This document shows positions 1 through 9,662 of a stretch of 64,000 nt of DNA, in pieces; positions within the stretch are counted from its first letter, which is position 1; each line of letters starts with the position of its first letter. The notes under the pieces were generated by a model. It ran no database searches. It saw nothing but the letters and a program-made list of their open reading frames with translations, and was not told the DNA's origin. The translations under genes and the position numbers were made by a program. Source of the DNA: Candidatus Uhrbacteria bacterium (GTDB lineage Bacteria; Patescibacteriota; Patescibacteriia; UBA9934; GWF2-40-263); NCBI GenBank assembly GCA_026395055.1, contig JAPLZK010000001.1, forward strand, positions 17,527-81,526. Reading direction: 5' to 3'.

Positions 1-66
1 ATCGGGACGCTGGCATACGGGAGTCGACCAGTTTTGGGAATACCAACACATAACATATCAACAGTC

Positions 67-92
67 GCAGCCTTGTATCAGGCTGCTTTTTT
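67..92 (+). terminator. rho-independent terminator (GCAGCCT-loop-AGGCTGC followed by T6)
   Basis: 7-bp GC stem plus T-run; presumably ends a gene upstream of the window. Confidence 0.5.
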
Positions 93-271
93 GTGCCGTG
101 GATATCTGTGTGGGAAACGGGTTGTATGACCACTTCCCAGGAGGATACACGGACGTTTAATCAAGTAGTTTGGCACTTTTGCGCGCGGGATAACTGGATC
201 TGTCCGGCTGTTGCCCATTATTTGATGACCATAGGCAACAGGTGGGCAACGATGGTGAAACCCAATTTCAC

Positions 272-300
272 GAAAATGAAAAAACACCAATGAATTGGTG
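272..300 (-). terminator. hairpin plus T-run downstream of tRNA-Gly on the minus strand
   Basis: CACCAAT-GAA-TTGGTG stem flanked by A/T runs. Confidence 0.45.
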
Positions 301-308
301 CTTTTTCG

Positions 309-386
309 TGGAGCAGGAAACGGGATTCGAACCCGCGGCCTTCTCCTTGGCAAGGAGAAGCTCTACCCCTGAGCTATTCCTGCAGC
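309..386 (-). tRNA. tRNA-Gly (anticodon GCC), CCA encoded
   Basis: Reverse complement folds as a cloverleaf: acceptor GCTGCAG, anticodon loop TTGCCAA, T-arm GGTTCGAATCC, 3' CCA. Confidence 0.85.
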
Positions 387-435
387 TTTAAGGTGAGGTC
401 ATTCTAGTCAAAAGCAATGAAATCGTCAACGGATG

Positions 436-466
436 AAAAAACTCGAGTTTGTACTCGAGTTTTTGG
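436..466 (-). terminator. terminator of the SpoU/TrmH gene
   Basis: AAAAACTCGAG-TTTGT-ACTCGAGTTTTT perfect hairpin with flanking A/T runs. Confidence 0.6.
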
Positions 467-467
467 C

Positions 468-1223
468 TTATCGATATCGTTCATACAATGCAATCGCTGT
501 CGCGGTCGCCACATTCAAGCTCTCGAGCTTAGCCTCATGATCAATCACAACGGATGTACCATCACGCGTCAAAGTTATTCCAGAACCTTCATTTCCAATG
601 ATAAGGACAATGGGCTGATCTGTTGCAAGAACGCTTTCCGACTTTGCTCCTGGGCGTTTCTCTAGTTTATAAATTGGTCTTGCGAGTTCTTTCAGAGCAT
701 CACGTGCGCGAGATGGATCAAGGTCGATCCAAGGCACAAGAAACAAACCACCAGCAGACGCACGAATGACTTTTGTTGAACTTGGATCTGCAGACTCGAC
801 AAGAATCATCGTCGCGTCGAATCCGAGACACAGGCGCATGATGGCCCCCACGTTTCCTGGATCTTGCACACGATCAAGCATCACAACTGTTTTTGATCGC
901 TTGATATCATCCATAGTCCACACAGGAATTTTTGCAATTCCGATAACCTCTTGCGGAGTGTCTGTCGTCGCAATTTTTCCAAACGAACGTTGTCCAATAT
1001 CATTGATATGAATAACCTCTTGCACAGCGTTCCCCGCGGTCTCAATCATCTTCGGTCCTTCAACCAAACACAAGCCCGTTTTTTCACGGCCTTTTTTTGT
1101 CTCAAGAGACGCGAGGAGTTTTCGTTGGTTATTTGTGAGCATATATTGTGTGAGGCTTGTAACATTTTTCTCTCGCTTCGTCAATGGATCTCGTGAGAAA
1201 ATTATTTCATTCAATACCTCCAT
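468..1223 (-). CDS. SpoU/TrmH family RNA 2'-O-methyltransferase (RlmB-like)
   Basis: 251 aa; SPOUT motifs (LDRVQDPGNVGAIMR, LIIGNEGSGI, SLNVATATAIALYE). Confidence 0.85.
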   Translation of the reverse strand: MEVLNEIIFSRDPLTKREKNVTSLTQYMLTNNQRKLLASLETKKGREKTGLCLVEGPKMIETAGNAVQEVIHINDIGQRSFGKIATTDTPQEVIGIAKIPVWTMDDIKRSKTVVMLDRVQDPGNVGAIMRLCLGFDATMILVESADPSSTKVIRASAGGLFLVPWIDLDPSRARDALKELARPIYKLEKRPGAKSESVLATDQPIVLIIGNEGSGITLTRDGTSVVIDHEAKLESLNVATATAIALYERYR

Positions 1224-1278
1224 GGTAACAAGAAACGATTGGAAACAAAAACAACCGATGAAGATCGGTTGTAAGAAA

Positions 1279-2472
1279 TCAATCGTCCATGTAATCGAGG
1301 ATGAGCTGCGGAATTGAGATGACGACCGCGATCATCATGAAGAGGAACGCGCCTTTGAATCCAAGAGCTTGAATGGAACAGATGGTGAGAAACGAACCAG
1401 GAATTCCAACCCAAAACGTACGCTGCGCGGCAGACAATGACGGATTCTTTGAAAGCATGCTCATCATGGTCGCTGCGATTAAGACGCTGAGCACAAAATC
1501 ATTCACAAACAAACTTGCAATCCAATACGCGCCGTACTGCATCCCAAGCATGATGCAGATGATGATTGGGACCGTGGTGAAATACCAAGTCAACGACGGA
1601 AACTCATCCGGTTGTTTTGACAGGTTCTTATCGAAAAGAAGAAGATCTGCCAAGATCGCGAAACAGGAAGTGAAGAACACATCGAAGACAAGATAGTCGC
1701 GCATGGTCCAACCCGCGAGAGCAAACTTCGGCTCCATGGAAAACCACTGCAACGCATCCGAAACAGGCTTGTTCATGAAGTGCCAGGCAGCCAGTGCATA
1801 CACGGCATAAACGACAACCCGAATCAGATCAATGATATTCGTGTTTTGCAACTTGTGCATGCTGAACGAAATGGAATTTTTCGCAAAATGTGAGAACACA
1901 GATGCGAGGAATCCATACTTCACAAACACGAAGGAGTGAAATAGTCCACCAAAAAATTGAGGGAGGACACGAGGCCATTGTCGCTCATCTGGATCACTGA
2001 AGTTTCTGAGGTGCACATAGGCGAACAGGGTGTTTGCCAAAATGAGCAGTACGTAAAATCCCGTTGTTCCCGAGAAGAGCGAGAGCTTTGAGCCACACCC
2101 GATCAAGAACCATCGAAACACCACCTCTTCCAAGAAAACAACAATGAAGAACGAGCGAAAGAATGGCCCTTCTGTCACCTGCTGATATTCATCCGCTACC
2201 ATGTTTGAGACGGAACGTCCGCAAACAACTGTAGAGATCACACCAAACAGAAGAGAGATTGGATAGCTGAGCGCAACGATCAAGAAGACAAATGGAATGA
2301 TCGCAAGAAACGTTGCCGTTTCCGCAGGTGCATAAGAACTCGTTCCGATCAGAAATGACCAAAGGTCGCGCAAGATTGCCCACGGATCCGCTGTGAAGTT
2401 CCAGCCAACGTATCCCATCAGCAACCAGCTCATCACTGCCGTAAACAATCCGGTCGATTTGATCTTCGCCAT
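1279..2472 (-). CDS. CPBP family intramembrane glutamic endopeptidase (CAAX protease/Abi-like)
   Basis: 397 aa polytopic membrane protein with EEVVFR (EExxxR) motif and downstream His motifs. Confidence 0.75.
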   Translation of the reverse strand: MAKIKSTGLFTAVMSWLLMGYVGWNFTADPWAILRDLWSFLIGTSSYAPAETATFLAIIPFVFLIVALSYPISLLFGVISTVVCGRSVSNMVADEYQQVTEGPFFRSFFIVVFLEEVVFRWFLIGCGSKLSLFSGTTGFYVLLILANTLFAYVHLRNFSDPDERQWPRVLPQFFGGLFHSFVFVKYGFLASVFSHFAKNSISFSMHKLQNTNIIDLIRVVVYAVYALAAWHFMNKPVSDALQWFSMEPKFALAGWTMRDYLVFDVFFTSCFAILADLLLFDKNLSKQPDEFPSLTWYFTTVPIIICIMLGMQYGAYWIASLFVNDFVLSVLIAATMMSMLSKNPSLSAAQRTFWVGIPGSFLTICSIQALGFKGAFLFMMIAVVISIPQLILDYMDD

Positions 2473-2624
2473 CTTTATCTCCTGTTTACATCACATGGAA
2501 AGAACATTCAGCCCCGTGCTGAATGAGCAAACCTAGCAAAGAATATGGGTAATGTCAATCCATGATAGGTCGCCTGCAAACTCGACAAAAATCAGAATTC
2601 TGATACCCTAAAGTCCAGTACATA

Positions 2625-2750
2625 CGAAAACCTTCCAAATTGGATGCAAAATTTATGTGGCTCGAGCACCGCACGTGAGCCGTACACGGAAGTACGGTGA
2701 ACGCGGAGCACAGAGACACATAAATTTGGCGCCGATTTGGAAGGTTTTCG
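2625..2750 (+). ncRNA. ~125-nt near-perfect extended hairpin abutting the tRNA-Leu 5' end (element copy A)
   Basis: Outer arms CGAAAACCTTCCAAATTGG / CCGATTTGGAAGGTTTTCG, inner arms AAATTTATGTG / CACATAAATTT, central CCGTAC-ACGGAA-GTACGG; homologous to the element at 36095-36221. Confidence 0.5.
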
Positions 2751-2751
2751 T

Positions 2752-2837
2752 GGGATGATGGCGGAATGGTATACGCAGGGGACTTAAAATCCCCGGGAGG
2801 AAACTCCATGCGGGTTCAAGTCCCGCTCGTCCCACCA
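2752..2837 (+). tRNA. tRNA-Leu (anticodon TAA), long variable arm, CCA encoded
   Basis: Acceptor GGGATGA/TCGTCCC, anticodon loop CTTAAAA, variable arm GGGAGGAAACTCCAT, T-arm GCGGGTTCAAGTCCCGC. Confidence 0.85.
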
Positions 2838-2872
2838 CACAAACATCAAGGCAGACCTATCCGGTCTGTTTT

Positions 2873-3166
2873 TTGTATGCTCGATTGACATTCCACTCCA
2901 AAAGCCTTAAGTTCTGGACAGACACACCAGACGTGAGGCTCACCATGCCGCAAGAAAAACTGTTACCCTTTCATAAAAGCATCCTCATGCTCATTGCGAA
3001 TGCAAATGTGCAAGAGATGAGCATCTTTGCACATCAAATCCATATCACGCTGATTCCTCCGAGTAGTTATGGAGAAATTCTGCGTGCCTGGAAACGTCGA
3101 TGCCAAGAAATCAAGTGTCCAGATCATGGGATCACGGCACGGCTCTCAACCTCGGATCACAACTAA
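2873..3166 (+). CDS. hypothetical protein
   Basis: 97-aa ORF, no recognisable domain or clear RBS. Confidence 0.25.
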   Translation: MYARLTFHSKSLKFWTDTPDVRLTMPQEKLLPFHKSILMLIANANVQEMSIFAHQIHITLIPPSSYGEILRAWKRRCQEIKCPDHGITARLSTSDHN

Positions 3167-3178
3167 CAAGGAGCGAAC

Positions 3179-3430
3179 ATGGCAGTAAAAAAACTTCGTC
3201 CGTTTGAGGAAACAATCGTGGAGGCAATCAAAACCGCAAACAGCTCGCATCTTGAGCTCATTGCCATTTTGCTTGAACGCACCATTATCACAAAAGATCA
3301 TGCGCTCATTGTGTCCACGTGGCTCAATCAATGCATGGGATTTCATTTCGATGCAAAATACGCCACAAGAGTCGCGAACAGCATCTTTACACAAGGACAA
3401 TCGCAAGCTCTCGAAAAGAAAGATCTCTAA
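3179..3430 (+). CDS. hypothetical small protein
   Basis: 83 aa; AAGGAG Shine-Dalgarno 6 nt upstream of the ATG; terminator follows. Confidence 0.5.
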   Translation: MAVKKLRPFEETIVEAIKTANSSHLELIAILLERTIITKDHALIVSTWLNQCMGFHFDAKYATRVANSIFTQGQSQALEKKDL

Positions 3431-3436
3431 ACGGAC

Positions 3437-3475
3437 CACCTATCGCAAATGTGCAAGGTGGTTTTTTCTTTTCCA
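3437..3475 (+). terminator. rho-independent terminator
   Basis: CCACCT-loop-AGGTGG followed by TTTTTTC. Confidence 0.55.
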
Positions 3476-3521
3476 CACGTTCCTTGCGCTTCCTTCTCGA
3501 CTGCCACATAATGAAGCCAAT

Positions 3522-4583
3522 ATGATCGAACGCGAAGAATTCGAAATGCCCATCGCGCCTTCGACAGGCTCAGGCAATAATACTGTCACACCAAATGCCT
3601 CCCCAGAAGAGCGCGATTTTGAGTTTTCCCTTCGTCCAAAAACACTTGCGGACTTTGTGGGACAAGAAGGATTAAAGGAAAACTTGACGGTATTCATGGG
3701 CGCGGCAAAAAAACGTGAGGAACCCATTGAACATGTGTTGCTCTACGGAAATCCAGGACTCGGAAAAACAACCCTCGCACATATCATTGCAAATGAAATG
3801 GGTTCACAGATTCGTGTAACGTCGGGTCCTGCTCTTGAGAAAGTCGGCGATCTTGCGGCGATTCTTTCAAATCTCCAGAAAGGAGACATTTTATTTATCG
3901 ACGAGATTCATCGTATTAACAAAACGATCGAGGAAGTTTTATATCCGGCCATGGAAGACTACGCGCTCGACATTATCGTCGGCAAAGGTCCGACCGCACG
4001 TACCCTTCGCATTAACCTTGAACATTTCACCCTTATTGGTGCTACAACACGTCTTTCCTTGTTATCCGCCCCGCTGCGAGATCGTTTTGGGATGGTGCAT
4101 CACTTAGATTTTTATAAACGCGATGACCTCGCAACCATTCTTCGTCGCAACGCAAATATCTTACGAACCCCCATTCATGATGACGCGGTAGAACTCCTTG
4201 CTATGCGCTCACGTCTCACACCTCGTATTGCAAACCGCATGCTTCGCCGCGCACGTGACTTCGCACAAGTAAAAGGTGACGGCACCATCACTCCAGACCT
4301 TTGCCGCGACGCCCTCGCCATGATGCGTGTTGATGAAGAAGGATTAGATGCCGTTGATCGCCACATCCTCACCACTATCATGGAAAAATTTCAGGGTGGC
4401 CCCGTTGGTCTTTCCACCATTGCTGCAGCCACACAAGAAGAAATGGAAACCATTGAAGATGTTCATGAACCCTACTTACTCCAACTCGGTTTTCTTGCGC
4501 GCACTCCACGTGGACGCATTGCCACGGATCGCGCATACAAACATCTCGGCATAGATATCCCAGAACAAAGTCGTCTGATATAA
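3522..4583 (+). CDS. ruvB: Holliday junction branch migration helicase RuvB
   Basis: Walker [10 protein letters not shown], Walker [10 protein letters not shown], RuvB C-terminal winged helix. The ORF track extends 5' to 3204, but the RuvB homology starts at MIEREEF (3522), preceded by CATAAT about 11 nt upstream. Confidence 0.9.
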   Translation: MIEREEFEMPIAPSTGSGNNTVTPNASPEERDFEFSLRPKTLADFVGQEGLKENLTVFMGAAKKREEPIEHVLLYGNPGLGKTTLAHIIANEMGSQIRVTSGPALEKVGDLAAILSNLQKGDILFIDEIHRINKTIEEVLYPAMEDYALDIIVGKGPTARTLRINLEHFTLIGATTRLSLLSAPLRDRFGMVHHLDFYKRDDLATILRRNANILRTPIHDDAVELLAMRSRLTPRIANRMLRRARDFAQVKGDGTITPDLCRDALAMMRVDEEGLDAVDRHILTTIMEKFQGGPVGLSTIAAATQEEMETIEDVHEPYLLQLGFLARTPRGRIATDRAYKHLGIDIPEQSRLI

Positions 4584-4593
4584 TACATTCACT

Positions 4594-4887
4594 ATGCCAT
4601 TCACTCTTGCAGACATCAGTATCCCCGTTTCTATCTTCTTTGGATTATACGGAATATTTTTGTGCTGTTATGTCATTTACGGATTCTTTAACCTCGTTCA
4701 CTTGTTAGAATACGGCCGCGTTGGCGCGCCCCTCTTTGCCATTGTGATTGGGTTTGTTGGTGGAACCGTTCTTCTTGTCGCCGGATCCATCATTTGGTTA
4801 TTTCATTATGATCTGACGTACACCGTTCCGCTTGGAGAAATGATCAATTCGTTCAAACAGTATTTCTCCCATAAAACAGCCTTCTAA
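4594..4887 (+). CDS. small integral membrane protein
   Basis: 97 aa, 3 predicted TM helices. Confidence 0.45.
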   Translation: MPFTLADISIPVSIFFGLYGIFLCCYVIYGFFNLVHLLEYGRVGAPLFAIVIGFVGGTVLLVAGSIIWLFHYDLTYTVPLGEMINSFKQYFSHKTAF

Positions 4888-4892
4888 CGACT

Positions 4893-5450
4893 ATGCTCTC
4901 TCCTGATCACATTCCAAACAAGCGAAACAATGAAAAAATCGTTCTGTTTCTCAGACGACATTGGTTTGCGGTTTTGTCATTGGTTGTTTCCTTTATCTTA
5001 CTTACAGTTATTCCCATTGGGCTCGCCATCTACTTTTGGGACACGCTTTCGCTCTGGCTTGCAGAACCATTCTTTGGTGTTTTACTCTCGGTCCTCATTA
5101 GTATGTATTTCCTAGGCGTATGGCTTGTTACTGCCACAGGATTCACCGATTATTATCTTGATACGTGGATTGTTACAAACGAACGCATTATCAACATTGA
5201 ACAACAAGGATTATTTCAACGCGTTGCATCCGAACTGGATCTCACAACGGTTCAAGACGTCACGGCAGAAATTAGCGGTGTCCTTGAAACCCTGTTCCAG
5301 TTTGGTGATGTAGAAATCCAAACTGCCGGAGAACGAGAACACTTTGAGTTTAGACACGTTCCACATCCAGAACACGTAAAAGAAGTTATCATGCAATTAG
5401 TTCAAGCAGACAAGCGAGCGCTTGCGACAGGACAAACTCCCCCGGCATAA
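4893..5450 (+). CDS. membrane protein with bacterial PH domain (bPH_2 / YdbS-YdbT-like, DUF304)
   Basis: 2 N-terminal TM helices followed by YYLDTWIVTNERII, the PH-like fold signature. Confidence 0.55.
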   Translation: MLSPDHIPNKRNNEKIVLFLRRHWFAVLSLVVSFILLTVIPIGLAIYFWDTLSLWLAEPFFGVLLSVLISMYFLGVWLVTATGFTDYYLDTWIVTNERIINIEQQGLFQRVASELDLTTVQDVTAEISGVLETLFQFGDVEIQTAGEREHFEFRHVPHPEHVKEVIMQLVQADKRALATGQTPPA

Positions 5451-5451
5451 A

Positions 5452-5488
5452 TAAAATATCCTCCGATGATCGGAGGATATTTTATTTA
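5452..5488. terminator. bidirectional terminator between convergent genes
   Basis: AAATATCCTCCGAT-GATCGGAGGATATTT perfect hairpin flanked by A/T runs. Confidence 0.6.
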
Positions 5489-6406
5489 CCATGTATAGGA
5501 TTTCCAAGCCCAGCTTGAAAGGGTTTTTGCATCCGCAAACGATTGCGCACGCGAGTCCGAACCAAAGATGACAAGCAACAACTCTTTTTTTGCATTATTA
5601 TCTTTTGGACGAAGGGCTGTGACAAAATTCCAGGAGGACTCCTCTAGATACCCCGTTTTTCCCGCAACAACGATTCCGTTATTATAAGCAGGCTTTGTGA
5701 GCATCCAATTTGTATTTTGAATTTTTTTAATGGTTCCCGTATTGACCATGCGAACATTCCTTATGGGTGTACTCGCATATTTCTTAATGAACACGTTCTT
5801 GAACGCTTCATCGGCAACTTTTGCGAGTTCCATTGGCGTAGAGACATTCGCAGGATCTATTCCACTTGGATCAACGTACACCGTCGATTTTAATCCGAAC
5901 ACTTTTGCTTTTGCATTCATAGCATCTACGAACTCTTCTCTTGTGAGTCCCGTAGAGCGTGCAAGTGCATTTGCCGCGTTGTTTGCGGAACCGACAAGCA
6001 TGGAATAGAACAGATCGTCGATGGTGAACGCATCTCCGTTCTTCACATACAGTTTTGCTCCGCCCACATCATCCTCTGTGAGAACACCAAATATTTTTTT
6101 AGGGGATTCTTTTTTTTCAAGAACAATCTGTGCAGTCATGAGTTTTGTTGTCGAAGCAATGGGCCACACAAGATTTTCATTTTTCTCCGTGAGAACAATT
6201 CCGGTCGAGCGATCAATGACGACATAGGCCTTCGCATGAATCTTTGATTCGATCTCAGACGTGTCTACACGAACAGGTATTTTTGATTTTGTGGCGACGA
6301 TGGGAGTCTTCGGAGTTGGTTTCTTTATAACGGGCGCAGCAAAAATTACCGTGGGAAAAACCAGAAGGATGAAAAATGCGAAAATGATTTTCTTTAGAAC
6401 GTTCAT
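5486..6406 (-). CDS. D-alanyl-D-alanine carboxypeptidase (serine peptidase S11, PBP5 family)
   Basis: Signal anchor; SxxK (ASTTKLMT), SGN (VGSANNA) and KTG (AGKTGY) motifs. Start chosen at MNVLKK, whose ATG overlaps the stop of the upstream gene. Confidence 0.8.
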   Translation of the reverse strand: MNVLKKIIFAFFILLVFPTVIFAAPVIKKPTPKTPIVATKSKIPVRVDTSEIESKIHAKAYVVIDRSTGIVLTEKNENLVWPIASTTKLMTAQIVLEKKESPKKIFGVLTEDDVGGAKLYVKNGDAFTIDDLFYSMLVGSANNAANALARSTGLTREEFVDAMNAKAKVFGLKSTVYVDPSGIDPANVSTPMELAKVADEAFKNVFIKKYASTPIRNVRMVNTGTIKKIQNTNWMLTKPAYNNGIVVAGKTGYLEESSWNFVTALRPKDNNAKKELLLVIFGSDSRAQSFADAKTLSSWAWKSYTW

Positions 6407-6407
6407 G

Positions 6408-7325
6408 TTATGCGTACGAATTCTCGTAATGTGATTTATCAACAATACGTGGAGTGTCTTTCCCGTCATAGGAAGCAAACGTGTAATCAACCGTATTTCC
6501 TTGCTTGTCCTTTTCTGTCGTGATTTCCCAAATCAATTGCGTGCCATAAACATTTGATTGTTTTGATGTGCGCCCGTCTGGAGAATACGTAAATTTTACC
6601 GCGCCGACGGATTGTTTGTTTTCTCCGTCAATAATTTGACCACGTTGTTCCTCTATAAGTTGACCCTGTTCATTATAACGTTTTGCATACCACATTCCTC
6701 GTTTTGCCGAACTGCCTTCATACGATCGATGCATTATTTCGCGTCCATCTTTGTCATACGTGAATTCGGCGCTTAACATTCCATCCTTCGTTTCTTTTTT
6801 CTTTGTTGTTCCGTCTAATTCTTGCGTGTACTCATACGTTCGCAACGCTTCCGTCATTGGACTTGTTTCTCTCATTTGACCGGCAAACATCATGGCCGAC
6901 GGACGACCCTGCTCGTCATATTCATGTTCCGTTCCGATAAAAGACGTTTTATCTGCATATTTTATTTCTCTACGCTCTGACTGAACTCGCCCCTTTGCAT
7001 CATAGGCGATGGATTCTGTCGTTGTGCGAAAACGTGGATCTGCAGTTTTTGTTTTTTTATCGGGAGACAAAAAATCAAATAATTTCTTTTTTGGTACAAG
7101 AGCATTGTTCTCAGGCGCTTTTTCTGCAGCAGTTTCTTCGCTTGTCGTCACTTTGCGAACAACACGACCTTTATCGTCATAACTCAAAGCGGTTCGTTCC
7201 AAAACGGAACCAGGCTTTCCATTATAAAGAGACGTTTTTACAACCTCCACCAATCGCTTGGGAGTTTTCTCTGCCTCCTTTTTAAGGACCCCCTCCATAC
7301 TTCCCATGAATTCAGACATATGCAA
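6408..7325 (-). CDS. YD-repeat (RHS-like repeat) protein
   Basis: 305 aa with at least six degenerate YD repeats (YDDKGRV, YDAKGRV, YDEQGRP, TYDKDGRE, YNEQGQL, YSPDGRT). Confidence 0.6.
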   Translation of the reverse strand: MHMSEFMGSMEGVLKKEAEKTPKRLVEVVKTSLYNGKPGSVLERTALSYDDKGRVVRKVTTSEETAAEKAPENNALVPKKKLFDFLSPDKKTKTADPRFRTTTESIAYDAKGRVQSERREIKYADKTSFIGTEHEYDEQGRPSAMMFAGQMRETSPMTEALRTYEYTQELDGTTKKKETKDGMLSAEFTYDKDGREIMHRSYEGSSAKRGMWYAKRYNEQGQLIEEQRGQIIDGENKQSVGAVKFTYSPDGRTSKQSNVYGTQLIWEITTEKDKQGNTVDYTFASYDGKDTPRIVDKSHYENSYA

Positions 7326-7329
7326 AAAG

Positions 7330-9576
7330 TTAATTCCATCGTTTACTTAAATCGATCCCCTGATAGAAATATTTTAAAATGGCATCCCATTGTTGTCCAT
7401 TCTTTGCCATACAAAGAGCTTCACTTGCCGACAATCCAACGCCATGTCCCCAAAGTGTACGATTATTTGCGGCATCACATGGACACGGCACAGATTTAGC
7501 CCACGCGACCGTACCACCCCAAACTTCATGCCAGTCACGTGTTCGTCCATCTGAACGTGAGAAGTACGGTGTAATAGCCGTCTTGCCCGCATACGTCACC
7601 GTCACACCTCGTGTCTCACGCGCAGCCTGACCAATAGATGGATTTCCCATTTCATATTCATATCCTCTGTACACTTGGTCATCTGCCGATGAGTTCATGT
7701 GGAAAAACTCGGAAGCATGTTTTGTTGCGCGCTCCCACTGATAGAGCGCAAAGGTACGCGCAATCGTGATGAGTGTTTTTTTGAATTGATACTCAGAAAG
7801 TTCGGAGGTTTCTCCGAGTCCTGCCAAATAATCTTCCATAGGCAATTCGTTAATCACCCATGTACGATCTTTTGTGCTGTTATAACGAAGCTCCAGAATA
7901 TTTCTGTACGTATTTTCTGCGTACCCCGCATGACGCGTAACGCGCTTGTCAAAGTTTTCGATCTTACAAACAGATCCGGGCGCATTTGGAACGAATCGTA
8001 AATAAGAAACGGATTGCTCTAAGCCATCTCCTTTATCAAAGTAATAAATGGCATTTTTATAAAAGGCGAGGATGGGGTCATTTGCGAGTTTTTCCCCAAG
8101 GATGTTTCCGTTTCCATCAATTAATTTCCAATCCGTGTTACAGCTAATCTTTACTTGATTTGCCGTTTCGTCATCTACAATCAAAATTCCGATTCGAACA
8201 ATCGGTTCATCAATCAGATTCTGTGTTTCGATATTATTGACAATGGGACTGTTCAATAAATCTCCGGCATCAGACGTGACATCAACAGGAATATCAATTT
8301 CTGCATCCGGAAGCACTGTGTCATTTGCGGCGAACTGGTATTTCATGGTGTATGTTCCTTTTGTGGAAGGTGCCGTAAACGCAAAAGACAAAAAATCGAT
8401 TGCACCTGGATCAACGACTCCTGTGGAATTGAGCGCAAGTTGTGTTACCGGACTATTAGACCCAGTAGCCATCGACATCGTGTCTGCAGAACGCACTTCG
8501 CGTTTTATCCAAGGAACAGTTCCTGTGTTTCGCATTCCAACTTTATAAACAACTTGCTCTCCCCCTTCTGCATTCACACGCTTCTCCGATCTGAGCAAAA
8601 CGAATGCGGAAAGCCCTGGTTGTCCAATATCTGAAGCGAGTCTTGTTTTAGATGTTTGCGCGACAGGGATTGCTGTCTTTGCAACCTCGATTGTGAGCTT
8701 CACGGGCGCACCTGGAATCCAGGTTACGTTTTCGGAAACGAGATCGAAAGACTCAACATATGATCCGGTCTTCTTTGGTGCGGTAAGAACAAGTTCAAAA
8801 TGACCAACAGCACCTGGCGCAACAGACTTCTCTCTTAATTTCACGGGGTGCGCCGCGGTTAGCCATGTCTTATCTGCAAATACACTCTTGCGATCTTTTT
8901 TGTCGAACGTATAAAGCGAAACGAAAGAGTCACCCGTATTTTTCCATGTTGTCTTTCCGATATTTTTGTACGCAAGCTCAATTGTCTGTGTTGCACTAGG
9001 CGCCATCGAGATAGCATCTGGCTGATTCACGAGATACGCTTCATAACCTTTTCGAGCTGCGCTCTTTACTTCAATGGACAGTTTGATGTCTCCGCCTGGG
9101 ATCCAGGTTGTATCTTCTGAAACAATCGAGAAAGATTCTTTATACGTCCCAACTTTTTCTGGCGCGTGCAATGTAAGTTCAAAGTGTCCAATTTTATTTT
9201 TTGCAATGGATGATTCCTTCATTTTGGTTGGATGCGTCTCATCAATCCACGATGCGTCTGCGAAAATACTTTTTCGATTCTTTGCATCAAAGGTATAAAG
9301 CGAAACGTACCCGTCTCCAGAGTTTGTCCAAACTTCTTTTCCAATATTTTTGTAAGCAATGTCGACGGTCTTTGTTTCACCTGGTGCAAGCGTGATGCTC
9401 GACGCGAGCTTTTGAAGTTGTGCTTCGTATCCCTTGCGAGGCGCGGCTAGAACATGACCACCCCCTAACCCCCTCCTTGTTAAGGAGGGGGAAAATAAGA
9501 TCAAGAAAAAAACAAGACCGAATAATGCGATCTTCTTCCCCGCGGCGTTTTGTAGTGAAAAACGCTTCATAATCAT
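7330..9576 (-). CDS. SpoIID/LytB domain protein with N-terminal tandem Ig-like repeats
   Basis: Signal peptide; two ~125-aa tandem repeats (also visible as DNA repeats around 8690-9450) plus a degenerate third; C-terminal SpoIID domain (YLAGLGE ... GHGVGLS). Confidence 0.7.
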   Translation of the reverse strand: MIMKRFSLQNAAGKKIALFGLVFFLILFSPSLTRRGLGGGHVLAAPRKGYEAQLQKLASSITLAPGETKTVDIAYKNIGKEVWTNSGDGYVSLYTFDAKNRKSIFADASWIDETHPTKMKESSIAKNKIGHFELTLHAPEKVGTYKESFSIVSEDTTWIPGGDIKLSIEVKSAARKGYEAYLVNQPDAISMAPSATQTIELAYKNIGKTTWKNTGDSFVSLYTFDKKDRKSVFADKTWLTAAHPVKLREKSVAPGAVGHFELVLTAPKKTGSYVESFDLVSENVTWIPGAPVKLTIEVAKTAIPVAQTSKTRLASDIGQPGLSAFVLLRSEKRVNAEGGEQVVYKVGMRNTGTVPWIKREVRSADTMSMATGSNSPVTQLALNSTGVVDPGAIDFLSFAFTAPSTKGTYTMKYQFAANDTVLPDAEIDIPVDVTSDAGDLLNSPIVNNIETQNLIDEPIVRIGILIVDDETANQVKISCNTDWKLIDGNGNILGEKLANDPILAFYKNAIYYFDKGDGLEQSVSYLRFVPNAPGSVCKIENFDKRVTRHAGYAENTYRNILELRYNSTKDRTWVINELPMEDYLAGLGETSELSEYQFKKTLITIARTFALYQWERATKHASEFFHMNSSADDQVYRGYEYEMGNPSIGQAARETRGVTVTYAGKTAITPYFSRSDGRTRDWHEVWGGTVAWAKSVPCPCDAANNRTLWGHGVGLSASEALCMAKNGQQWDAILKYFYQGIDLSKRWN
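9456..9491 (-). repeat. GC-hairpin + SD-like element, copy 1 (inside SpoIID-family CDS)
   Basis: Minus-strand reading CCCCCTCCTT-AACA-AGGAGGGGG TTAGGGGGTGGTC; encodes RRGLGGGH in frame. Confidence 0.6.
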
Positions 9577-9662
9577 GAATAAGTGTATCGAAAAAAGAGG
9601 CCTTCGTCAAAAAACGTTGCAGCTTTGTCTCGTCACACCCACCCTGCTACAATGACTGTATT

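Noticed and set aside
78-353. 91-aa minus-strand ORF
   Set aside because: Entirely overlaps tRNA-Gly and the terminator hairpins; Arg/Pro-rich nonsense translation of structured RNA.
2473-2624. Searched for SRP RNA / 6S / tmRNA-like motifs in the larger intergenic regions
   Set aside because: Only short hairpins; no recognisable conserved ncRNA signatures were seen by eye.
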